Shown here piece after piece: positions 18,701 through 26,531 of a stretch of 29,390 nt of DNA (position 1 is its first letter; every line of letters begins with the position of its first letter). This DNA is from an uncultured virus (IMG/VR IMGVR_UViG_3300030330_002454) (taxonomy: Duplodnaviria > Heunggongvirae > Uroviricota > Caudoviricetes), in the IMG/VR virus record IMGVR_UViG_3300030330_002454. One strand, 5' to 3'. A model generated the notes under the pieces. It did not search any database, had not been told where the DNA came from, and worked only from the letters and a program-made list of their open reading frames with translations. The position numbers and the translations under genes are program-made.

Positions 18701-21695
18701 ACTAGGAATGTCTGTATCTGTAGAGTCTGCAATTAAAGTTGGTGCAGGTACAAAAACTAAGATAGACGATGATCAGGGTAACATAATAGAAGATGTTACA
18801 TTAAATCCAATTGTAAGATCTCATTTATTGTACGGTAAACAACAAGAGACAAAAACAAAAGGAATAAAATCTACAACATTTGCTTCACAGCTGAAGTTAA
18901 ATATTATCGCAGATATTGATGACACAACTCTTATTGGAAATAGATCTGGTGTAGAATGGAGAGAAGAGGTGGAAGCTAATGAAATCGCTATATCTAATTT
19001 AGGTAGAGAAGAATTCTTAACTAAATATGGTATAGATGAAAACTTTGATGTAAACGAAGAGACACTATATAAAGCGCTTATAGATACATTATCTAGACAG
19101 TCATTTCCTGATACAGCACTTATAGAAGGATTAGAAAATGGGTTAAAGTTTGACTCCATATTCCAATCTAGAAAAAAGGTAATGAACTTATTAGCTAATG
19201 AGCTTACTAAATCTACAGTAACTTATAGTACAAACGGGGCCAATATGGTTCAGATAAGTTCTTTTGGTTTATTTCAAAAACCTGAAAGTATAACAGCTCT
19301 AGAAGAAACAAATAAATCTAGTATTAGATACCTAAAAGACGGTAAACTAAAACCTCCTAGAATAGAAAATGGTAAACTCATAATGGGAGATATATTTATA
19401 CCATACTCTTATATAGAAAATATCCCAGGACATGAAAAGATGTCTACCGCTGAACTGAAAAAACGTATAGGTAAAGATGTACTCACAGTAGTAGGCTATC
19501 GTATACCAAACCAATCTCTAGCATCTACTGATGCATTAGAAATTGCAGGTATTCTACCTAAAGAAGCTGGTGACACTGTAGTTGTATACGAAGAGATGAC
19601 TGCAAAGACAGGGAGTGACTTCGATATTGATAAATTATTTATGCTTATACCTAATGTAGAGTATAATAAAGAAACACAAAGGCTAGAATTAATAGACCCT
19701 AATGGTAAAACTAAAAAGTCTTTAGAAAACAAAAGAATTCTTTTATATAAAGAGTTATTCCAAACTGCAGAACAGTATCCTAGAATAATTAAATCTATAG
19801 ACACTAATAAATTAAAAGCTAATGCGTATGAGCTAATAGACTTAGCGCAAGAGCAAGATGACTTTGATGGGTTAAAACTATTTACAGGTGAATTCCAACA
19901 ACAACTTAAAACAAGATTCTCTGCAGGTGCAGCTGGTGTAGGTGCTACAGCAAACAACACTATTGATAATGTAATGGGCCAATCAGCAAAACTACATGTT
20001 CCATATATAGGAATAGGAGCATCTGCTAGAATAGGTGATGAAATTAGAACTATACTATACAGCACAGAAAGAGTAAATGGTGATCTTATATCTGAAGCTA
20101 TGTCTGGTTACATGAACGCATTTGTGGATATAGAAAAAGACCCATACATTACTAAAATAAACTTTACAAGGCCTGTAATGAACGTTGCATTCTTAATGTT
20201 ACGTGCAAAGGTAGATTTTAGATTTATAAATGCATTTATTAAACAGCCTAAAATTGTAGAGTACGCTAAAGAAGCTGCACTAGGTAGATCTAAATTATTA
20301 AATCCTAATTCGTTTGTAAGCGAAGAGTCTGTACTACAAAAACTAGGTGCAGAACCAGCTCTAATAACGCCTAATATGACATTAGAAAATCTGTTAAATG
20401 AAATAAATCCTGATACAGATAACACAGAATTATTACAAGACGAAGTTTTAAATTATTTTGCATTTCTACACCCGATAGGTGAAAAAGTATTTGCACAAAA
20501 CTTAGCCTCTAAAGTACATACAGAAGGTGTAGGACAAGACTTACTAGCTGCAAAATTAATGATTGCAAGAATAGATGAAATATCTAGTGATCCTAATCAA
20601 GTTGTAGCTAATTTTGAAGCTAAGTTTAGAGAAGGTACAATGCTAGGAGCTTATTTAGAAAATGGTCCAGAATTATTTGAAGACGCATTCTCTGATAAAT
20701 TCTTATCAGGTAGATTTGATGCAGTTAACGGGCAAATAGAACAGCTGTTAGGAGATTATTGGAAGTTTGACTACAGAACTAGAGCTAGAATAGAAGACGC
20801 AATGTACTCTTATATGTATTCTACACATGACTTTACAGGATCTTTAGAATCTCTAGTTTTTGATACAACAACTGCAAAATCTTTAATACCGCAGTTTTTA
20901 AATATGAAAACAAAACGTCCTGAAAGTATACTATTAAATGTTTTACTAAAACATAAATATAATAGAAATGCACCAGGTAACTATGTACTGCCTAGTCAAA
21001 TATATATGGCTAACACTAAGAACATGCCGCCTGACACAGTAAAATTAGCAAGACAAGAATGGGAAGACATGCTAAACTCTGAAGATGAAGAAGTTAAAAA
21101 GTTTGCAAACGATCTTGTATCGTACGCATACCATACATCAGGATTTAGAAGAGGTATACAAACTTTCCATCAACTAGTTCCTACTATTTGGAATGTAGAA
21201 AGTACATTTAATGATACTGTAGATTACTTAAACTTAACTGATGATATTTCTATAGGCCAAGGATTAGAACAAGTAGTGCAGCATGAGCATACAAATAGAT
21301 CTTTAGCGCCTAGAGCTAGAAATGTTAAATCAATTCAACCTGGTATAGAATTAAGCGAAGGGTTTGTATCTAAACAAAGTAATCCATATTTAACTAGAGT
21401 AGTAGCAGATCAATTAGCACTGTATAAACTATACGGCGGTAGAGTAACTTCTGAAGGAGGGCCTGTACAAAATGTATACGCCAGAATAGATACACTAGGG
21501 TTTAAAGGTGAAGATGGTTTTAGAGTAGTAGAATATAAATTTGGGGAACCAAATGTAAAGAGTATCTTTGCAGATAACAAAGTAGAACTAAGCGAAGCTT
21601 TAAATGAAATTATAAATGGTAATCTTTTAATCGGAAAAGAATTACAAGAAGCTATGAAAGCAGATAAAGCTAGTGAAATAAATAAATGTAAGTAA
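15741..21695 (+). CDS. Virion-packaged single-chain DNA-dependent RNA polymerase (phi14:2 gp66-like, two-barrel family)
   Basis: 1984 aa. Catalytic 'KTGSDFDIDKLF' (DFDID at 19617-19631) preceded by 'VVGYRIPNQ'. Also 'DFVKR', 'DATTWIT', 'SAIKVGA' and 'NAFVDIEKDP'. Size and context match crAss-like virion RNAPs. Confidence 0.92.
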   Translation: MSCKVSIDKLSAKALNNPSQDSLLYKQLLNISDNNGEVAERLYNVLDTQEFKEWFQGSDYLNTVGEPALAGEFYTNAKGERWWSKAINKKDAITKFPFGLNRVPGLTAAQVNDIANFSYAYMLRATDSVENTDAIKLSSIVGIVNSLHGIAADTNDMERFNVLEILKQDIRTKDSKFLKLMQDRLRADGLVEDEISEEDRTSPLNLKEKYFTSPKDSASVSLKLMIKSLMDTSKTDNTLGRPIPANYSATFNLLLRDLAGVVPYNNGEGIVDVYDVYIDKLRVLSVDYPYLSQLIAKLENAEEHVKTRFVNGLALEKLNYTQTLYEGGLRQKIYKLGMPSAQQGFELIRSEWTENFKNKMFTYNKNANIILNEDYAKQAIVKYRALQKNARKVSKTSLDSVQKEFRNLLNFIGIELSDKAVKKFYNSKESIFEALESTPGNLGFVFNDKTAGIPSLIKRFGERAKGRRDIIELSDRDLPIKNERSVRKLAIEEERFRPEFVDNSTLGPQGDMYWGFGTYSWMAQVLDTMNSENSDYLERLAKLPYNINSKWINQLQNGAQVNRSVFMQMKEDNRYEGTKYFQLQEPDQLADRIARTMNGEHILMTPGNSRTLYTLSGFAYESSGVNVTYNPKTKQYEFEYVFDENGKNNVIETFRGYIEDEFASMDAAYEQVFNGKLAKKDQVVHYHYDKNGNERDSNGRPAGNAFKHTLFPELSFGEAYSQGFYTQDGKPIYSSEMIANERVTDLIKMQYEKYVTSQIEQAVEYKIIDRTLANRELPTNLLKTERFAKLGDLANGRVFTDYVFSNVVANVESTKLFVGDIKFYKNLDDFVKRANLYTTSVTQMRFIKGEVHSEYLQATVDDIFSPSKYLQDIEGYENVDLTDATTWITPELQKQRMKGFGEFTPEVEAAYNRMMKGEMQVSDILKLTPRKSAARGTEIKNGMNVPYREKTAEVVLWPGLVKDAGLKSLYDAMVQEEKDYKTMTGATLGMSVSVESAIKVGAGTKTKIDDDQGNIIEDVTLNPIVRSHLLYGKQQETKTKGIKSTTFASQLKLNIIADIDDTTLIGNRSGVEWREEVEANEIAISNLGREEFLTKYGIDENFDVNEETLYKALIDTLSRQSFPDTALIEGLENGLKFDSIFQSRKKVMNLLANELTKSTVTYSTNGANMVQISSFGLFQKPESITALEETNKSSIRYLKDGKLKPPRIENGKLIMGDIFIPYSYIENIPGHEKMSTAELKKRIGKDVLTVVGYRIPNQSLASTDALEIAGILPKEAGDTVVVYEEMTAKTGSDFDIDKLFMLIPNVEYNKETQRLELIDPNGKTKKSLENKRILLYKELFQTAEQYPRIIKSIDTNKLKANAYELIDLAQEQDDFDGLKLFTGEFQQQLKTRFSAGAAGVGATANNTIDNVMGQSAKLHVPYIGIGASARIGDEIRTILYSTERVNGDLISEAMSGYMNAFVDIEKDPYITKINFTRPVMNVAFLMLRAKVDFRFINAFIKQPKIVEYAKEAALGRSKLLNPNSFVSEESVLQKLGAEPALITPNMTLENLLNEINPDTDNTELLQDEVLNYFAFLHPIGEKVFAQNLASKVHTEGVGQDLLAAKLMIARIDEISSDPNQVVANFEAKFREGTMLGAYLENGPELFEDAFSDKFLSGRFDAVNGQIEQLLGDYWKFDYRTRARIEDAMYSYMYSTHDFTGSLESLVFDTTTAKSLIPQFLNMKTKRPESILLNVLLKHKYNRNAPGNYVLPSQIYMANTKNMPPDTVKLARQEWEDMLNSEDEEVKKFANDLVSYAYHTSGFRRGIQTFHQLVPTIWNVESTFNDTVDYLNLTDDISIGQGLEQVVQHEHTNRSLAPRARNVKSIQPGIELSEGFVSKQSNPYLTRVVADQLALYKLYGGRVTSEGGPVQNVYARIDTLGFKGEDGFRVVEYKFGEPNVKSIFADNKVELSEALNEIINGNLLIGKELQEAMKADKASEINKCK

Positions 21696-24600
21696 TGAGT
21701 TGTACTATAAAAGAAGATTTAATAAAAAAATACACCAAAGAGTTTAATCCTGTAGAGGGAAAACAAATTGCGGAGGGTGTATATGAATATATACATACGC
21801 CTGCATTTACTAGAGAATTTGGTGATTTTACAAAAGGATTTACAAAAGATACAACACAACTTAAAGATGGTTATCCTACTGTAGAAGCTATAGAGGCACA
21901 CTTTAAAAGAAAAGGGATGACTTCTAAAAAAACTCTGCCAACTGCTTACATGGATTATATAGATACATTTACTCCTAAAAGCGCAGAGCAACTTAGAAAA
22001 CTATTAATAAAGAAAACGCAGATTGCATACAATAACGTAGCTAAAGATGCTGCAGAGCTTCAAGAAAGTTTTGAAGGTGGTGTAATGATGAAAGCAAAAG
22101 ACGATGTTAGACGTCGTGCTAAAACAAGATTAAAAAATCAGTTAGAAAAAATACTAAATAATCTAAAAGTAAAAAATACTGAAATAGGACTTGCAGAGTA
22201 TGTAGAAGAAGTCGATACATTACTTAATAACGTAAATAAAGCATTAGATACTCTAGCTTTAGATGTATCAGATTATTATCAAAACTTAACTAAGTTTACT
22301 TATTTTAATGCTATTGAAGATGTAGTTTATTTAATAGATAATAAAAGCTTATCAGTAAAAAAATATTTTGAGAAAAAAGGTATAAAATATAAAGATTTAG
22401 TATCTCGTATAGTTAGTACAAGAAAAAGATTAATTGAAGGATACGTAGATAGGATAGGAGATGTTTGGGGAGAGTTACCTGGAAAGCAATTAAGAATTGC
22501 TGAGAGAAAATTTAGAACTGCTTTTGAACCTAGAAGTGTATGGTTAAGAAATAACCCTGGTGCTACAAAAGCAGATTATCAAAAAGCAATAGATGAGTAT
22601 GTAGCAAATAGAGTAGAGCAAGAAGAGCAAGCTATAAAAGACAGTCAAAAAGCATCTATTAAAAATATGCTAATAAATAAAGGACAAGATATTAGTTTTC
22701 TTGATGCATTATTTGGAAACCCTAGAGATCTTACAGATGACATTATACAAATAGCTGTAGAAATATTAGACTCTGCAGACTATAATGTAATGCGTGAAAC
22801 CATAAACAAAACAAAAGAGGCCTATGATCTATTCCAGCGATTTAAAGTTGGAAAAGATACTAGAAGTATGGAGTCTTTGTATGGAAATTTACTAGCAAGA
22901 GATGAAAAAGGTAATTTATCAGGCTATTTAATTAGCCGTACTAAATCACAGTATTTTATAGACAGGAAAGAAAAAACATCGGCTATAAAAAAAGCAGAAG
23001 AAGAATTTGGAGAAGATAGCGCTGAAGCTATAAAAGCTAGAAGAGAGTACACTCAGTGGTCTAGAATAAATCAGGTTAAAACTGAAGATGGTTACAAACC
23101 TGCAGCTAAATGGAATAACCCTAAGTTTAAATATTTTGCAGATAAAAAGAATAAAGGGCAAGCTGATTATGATATGTATCAATTTTTAGTGGGGCTTGCA
23201 AATAAACGAGACCAAAACTACTTAGGATACCCTGCAAGATTTAGATTGCCTGCCATAGAAAAATCAGGGTTAGAAAATCTATTTGAAAATGGTGTAGTAA
23301 ATTGGGTAAAAACAGGACTTGGAGATACTTTTAAAATACGAGCATCTGATGTAGAACTGCATAAAGAAAATCCAGACGATTTAGAAATGAGTGTTTGGAA
23401 CACTTTAAAAAGACAAATTAAAGTACTTGTAGACGCAGATACAACTGAGTTAAAAACAATACCTAAATACTTTAGAAATTACGATAAAGTAAATGCAAAG
23501 ACACAGTCGTACGATTTACTTAGTATATATCTAATGGATTATTGGGGGTCTACAAACTATGCAGAAAAATATAAAGCACTGCCTATGCTAGAAGTATTTA
23601 GAGAATCTCTAGCTACAAGAAAAGTGGTGCAAAGAACTTTTGGAGGTAAAACTAAAATAGCTGCAAAACTAGGATTTGGAGATCAAACACTTGCTACAGT
23701 TCCTGGAGACCAGTCTAACTCCTATAAAGCTTTAAGTAGTTTAATAGAAGACAGATTATATGGAGTTAAAGCTCTAGGTAATCCTTTTGTACAAAAACTA
23801 ACATCTTCTTTACTAAAATATACAGGTAACTTATTTTTAATAGGTAACTATTTTTCTGCAGGAGCTTCTGTATTTCAAGGTAAAACTATGACATTTATAG
23901 AATCAGTGGGTGGTATAGACTTTAATAGAAAAGATGTGCTAAAAGCAGAAATGAAATACGATGCTGACATAGTAAATATGACTGCAGATATAGGTAAAAT
24001 TGTACCTAGTTCTAAAACAGGACTACTTTCTGAAATATTTGAATCGACACAGGATTTTAGTGCTGTAGCCAAAAAATTTGCAGGCGCTACAAGAACTAGT
24101 CAAATAGCAAATACTAATTCTTTGCATTTTGTAACTAACATGGCAGAACACTATATACAAAACACATTAATGTATTCGTTTCTACAAGGTATAAAAGTTA
24201 AAAATTCAAAAGGAGAGTATATAAATAAAGAAGGGGAAGTTGTTAAGTCAAGAGAAGAAGCTATGACTTATGATGAAGCCTATGAAATAGACAATAAAGG
24301 AAAGGCACCTAGACTTAAGATAAAATCTTTTGTAGGAACAGGAGCATCAATAGAGCTTAAAAGTGGGTTAGAAATATCTTTAAAAGATAGAAGAAAAGCT
24401 GAATTCCAAGTAAAAAGATACCTGAATCATTTAAATCGTAGATTAAATGGTAACTATACTACAAATAACCAAGCTATGGCGCAACGCCATGCAGCTGGTA
24501 AAGCAGCATTTATGCTTAGAAAATGGTTAGAACCAGGTCTTCGTAGAAGATATAGAGGTATAAGCACATCTTTAATACCACATGAAGCACTTACGGCAGA

Positions 24601-25183
24601 AGATTTGTACTATAGTAGAGAAATACAAGATCTAGACGAAGGTACATATACAACTACAGTTAGATTTATTAGAAATTTATTTAGAGACTATAAAAACTTC
24701 TCTTTAGAACTAACAAGTGATAACTGGGCTAAACTATCTGCTAGAGAAAAAGCTAACATTTTGAAAACTGTAACCGAAGTAACTATAATGATTATAGCAG
24801 CTAATGTTAGTGCTTTACTATACGGAGCAGCACAAGATGAAGATGATGAATTCATTCAGAATGCATTAATGTTAAATGCTTTTTACACACGTAGATTATA
24901 CGGAGAACTTAGAGCATTTACATCTATTACAGAAGGACTTAGAATATTAAGATCTCCTGCAGCATCTATAAGTTTAATACAAAATGGATTAGAAGTAATG
25001 GATCAGCTTTATTCAGATATAAAGTCTGTAAGCGCTGGAGGTGAGTTTGAAAGATATGAACAAGGTAAGCGTAAAGGAACACTAAAACTTGAAAAAGAAT
25101 TTAAAGATTTAGTTCCTGCATGGTACCAAACAGGTAGAAAAATAGACGAAGCAGTAGGATTTTTATATAAACCAGTAAAATAA
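21695..25183 (+). CDS. Large virion (ejected) protein following the RNA polymerase
   Basis: 1162 aa, helical. C-terminal 'LNGNY...MLRKWL..G..RRY...EGTYTT...RRLYGEL...LRSPAAS' pattern and hydrophobic 'VTIMIIAANVSALLYGAA'. Position corresponds to phi14:2 gp67. Confidence 0.7.
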   Translation: MSCTIKEDLIKKYTKEFNPVEGKQIAEGVYEYIHTPAFTREFGDFTKGFTKDTTQLKDGYPTVEAIEAHFKRKGMTSKKTLPTAYMDYIDTFTPKSAEQLRKLLIKKTQIAYNNVAKDAAELQESFEGGVMMKAKDDVRRRAKTRLKNQLEKILNNLKVKNTEIGLAEYVEEVDTLLNNVNKALDTLALDVSDYYQNLTKFTYFNAIEDVVYLIDNKSLSVKKYFEKKGIKYKDLVSRIVSTRKRLIEGYVDRIGDVWGELPGKQLRIAERKFRTAFEPRSVWLRNNPGATKADYQKAIDEYVANRVEQEEQAIKDSQKASIKNMLINKGQDISFLDALFGNPRDLTDDIIQIAVEILDSADYNVMRETINKTKEAYDLFQRFKVGKDTRSMESLYGNLLARDEKGNLSGYLISRTKSQYFIDRKEKTSAIKKAEEEFGEDSAEAIKARREYTQWSRINQVKTEDGYKPAAKWNNPKFKYFADKKNKGQADYDMYQFLVGLANKRDQNYLGYPARFRLPAIEKSGLENLFENGVVNWVKTGLGDTFKIRASDVELHKENPDDLEMSVWNTLKRQIKVLVDADTTELKTIPKYFRNYDKVNAKTQSYDLLSIYLMDYWGSTNYAEKYKALPMLEVFRESLATRKVVQRTFGGKTKIAAKLGFGDQTLATVPGDQSNSYKALSSLIEDRLYGVKALGNPFVQKLTSSLLKYTGNLFLIGNYFSAGASVFQGKTMTFIESVGGIDFNRKDVLKAEMKYDADIVNMTADIGKIVPSSKTGLLSEIFESTQDFSAVAKKFAGATRTSQIANTNSLHFVTNMAEHYIQNTLMYSFLQGIKVKNSKGEYINKEGEVVKSREEAMTYDEAYEIDNKGKAPRLKIKSFVGTGASIELKSGLEISLKDRRKAEFQVKRYLNHLNRRLNGNYTTNNQAMAQRHAAGKAAFMLRKWLEPGLRRRYRGISTSLIPHEALTAEDLYYSREIQDLDEGTYTTTVRFIRNLFRDYKNFSLELTSDNWAKLSAREKANILKTVTEVTIMIIAANVSALLYGAAQDEDDEFIQNALMLNAFYTRRLYGELRAFTSITEGLRILRSPAASISLIQNGLEVMDQLYSDIKSVSAGGEFERYEQGKRKGTLKLEKEFKDLVPAWYQTGRKIDEAVGFLYKPVK

Positions 25184-25347
25184 TGACATTTACTTTTGGA
25201 ATACAATGGGCAAAAGGTTTATTATTTGGAATAAGACACTTCCAACCAGAAGAATATGCTCCGTACTATGAAATACAATTTTTTTTAGGATTAATACAAA
25301 TTTTTATAATTATAGACAATGGCAACACTTACGATAACATTGACTGA
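25183..25347 (+). CDS. Small hydrophobic protein, 54 aa, not in the ORF track (MTFTFGIQWAKGLLFGIRHFQPEEYAPYYEIQFFLGLIQIFIIIDNGNTYDNID)
   Basis: ATG overlaps the previous stop (TAATG), as at four other junctions in this operon. Fills the 135-nt gap and overlaps the next gene's start by 29 nt. Confidence 0.7.
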   Translation: MTFTFGIQWAKGLLFGIRHFQPEEYAPYYEIQFFLGLIQIFIIIDNGNTYDNID

Positions 25348-25774
25348 AGCCGTTACAATGGGTGACGGTAGTACTGATAGAGGTACAACAAATACACATA
25401 CTGAAACAGTAAACGAAGTATCACATAGAATTATGGATGTAGGTACAGCGTATGTAGATGTAGTTAAATTTGGTGCAGCTGCATCAGCAGGGACATTTAA
25501 AGATGGATCTGTACAGTATATGCGTATTACAAATTTAGACGGATCTGCAGATATTACACTAAGAGTAACACAAGCAGATGCTGAATACTTTGTAAAACTA
25601 GAATCCGAAGATAATTTTCTTTTAGGAAATAGTTTAATGAATGCTATAGAAGATGGAGATAGTTCTAGTACAATAGGTACTACAGACGACGCTCTAACTG
25701 CTATCGATAAAATATCAGCAAAATCTAGTAGTGGTACAATACAAATAGAAGTATTTGTAGCTTGTCAAGATTAG
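25319..25774 (+). CDS. Hypothetical protein, Thr/Ala/Asp-rich beta-sandwich-like; possible virion structural protein
   Basis: 151 aa with 'VQYMRITNLD' and C-terminal 'IQIEVFVA' alternating beta-strand patterns. Last gene of the + strand module, followed by a hairpin. Confidence 0.6.
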   Translation: MATLTITLTEAVTMGDGSTDRGTTNTHTETVNEVSHRIMDVGTAYVDVVKFGAAASAGTFKDGSVQYMRITNLDGSADITLRVTQADAEYFVKLESEDNFLLGNSLMNAIEDGDSSSTIGTTDDALTAIDKISAKSSSGTIQIEVFVACQD

Positions 25775-25805
25775 TAGAAAAGGGGCGCAAGGCCCCTCTA
25801 TCTAC
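25774..25805. terminator. Intrinsic terminator-like hairpin between convergent gene blocks
   Basis: AGGGGC-GCAAG-GCCCCT (25781-25797), extendable by GTAGA/TCTAC. On the - strand it is followed by TTTCTACT. It lies between the convergent stops at 25774 and 25851. Confidence 0.7.
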
Positions 25806-25850
25806 ATCTAGCACAACAACAACAAGTAATCAACAACACACGCTAGATTT

Positions 25851-26531
25851 TTACCAGTCTATAGTAGGCTGGTTTGTTTGTTTATAATATTCATTTATCC
25901 ATTTAAAATGCCCGCTACCCAAAAACCCTCTGTGAGCGGAGAATGGTGATGGGTGCGAACATTTCAATACAGTATGCTTAGGAGCTATATACTCATCATA
26001 TTTCTGAGCATGCGAACCCCACAACATAAATATAACATGATCTTTATCATTTAAAGATTGTATAGTTTTAAAAGTAAACTTCTGCCATCCTATTTTAGAA
26101 TGTGAGTTAGGCAGTCCTTTACGAACTGTAAGACAAGTGTTAAGTAATAATACACCTTGATTTGCCCATCTCTCTAGACTAGGATATTTAGTTTCATAAC
26201 CAATCTCTTTAAATATATTACGTAGTGACTGAGGTATAAAGTCAGGCTTCTTACTACTAAATGCTAAACCATCCGCCGCACCATTATGATACGGATCTTG
26301 GCCTAGTATTACGACACGAACTTTGTCGTAAGGAGTATGAATGTATGCATTGAATACATCTTTTTGATCAGGATATATTGTATGCGTCATTCTTTCTCGT
26401 TTAAGAGTTGCAGATAAAATAGACATATATTCTTTGGAGAATTCTGAGCCCAAATGCTGGGCCCAGGACTCACCAATAGTATCCACTGCAATGTTACGAG
26501 TATTAATCATATCAGTTGCAGTGTGGCTCAT
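25851..26531 (-). CDS. ung: Uracil-DNA glycosylase, family 1
   Basis: Motifs 'VRVVILGQDPYH', 'GLAFS', 'PQSLRNIFKE', 'WANQGVLLLN', 'FMLWG..AQ' and 'HPSPFS'. ATGA overlap with the upstream rIIB-like stop. Confidence 0.96.
   Translation of the reverse strand: MSHTATDMINTRNIAVDTIGESWAQHLGSEFSKEYMSILSATLKRERMTHTIYPDQKDVFNAYIHTPYDKVRVVILGQDPYHNGAADGLAFSSKKPDFIPQSLRNIFKEIGYETKYPSLERWANQGVLLLNTCLTVRKGLPNSHSKIGWQKFTFKTIQSLNDKDHVIFMLWGSHAQKYDEYIAPKHTVLKCSHPSPFSAHRGFLGSGHFKWINEYYKQTNQPTIDW

Noticed and set aside
15741..21703. Terminal Cys residues read as split-intein or lipoprotein signals
   Set aside because: No intein block motifs or C-terminal His-Asn are seen, and there is no signal peptide or lipobox before the N-terminal Cys.
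25191..25198. TACTTTTG match to the Bacteroidota -7 element upstream of the 151-aa gene
   Set aside because: Lies inside a coding region, has no supporting -33 element, and such matches are common by chance in AT-rich DNA.
492..25206. Numerous - strand ORFs of 61-189 aa opposite the large + strand genes (e.g. 12381-12845, 19496-20065)
   Set aside because: All lie wholly or almost wholly antisense to long, motif-bearing genes. Their Ser/Ile/Phe-rich composition is the expected mirror of the sense codon bias, and they show no recognisable motifs.
25813..25841. CAA repeats as a microsatellite or CRISPR-like array
   Set aside because: Too short and with no repeat-spacer structure; reported only as part of the stem-loop finding.
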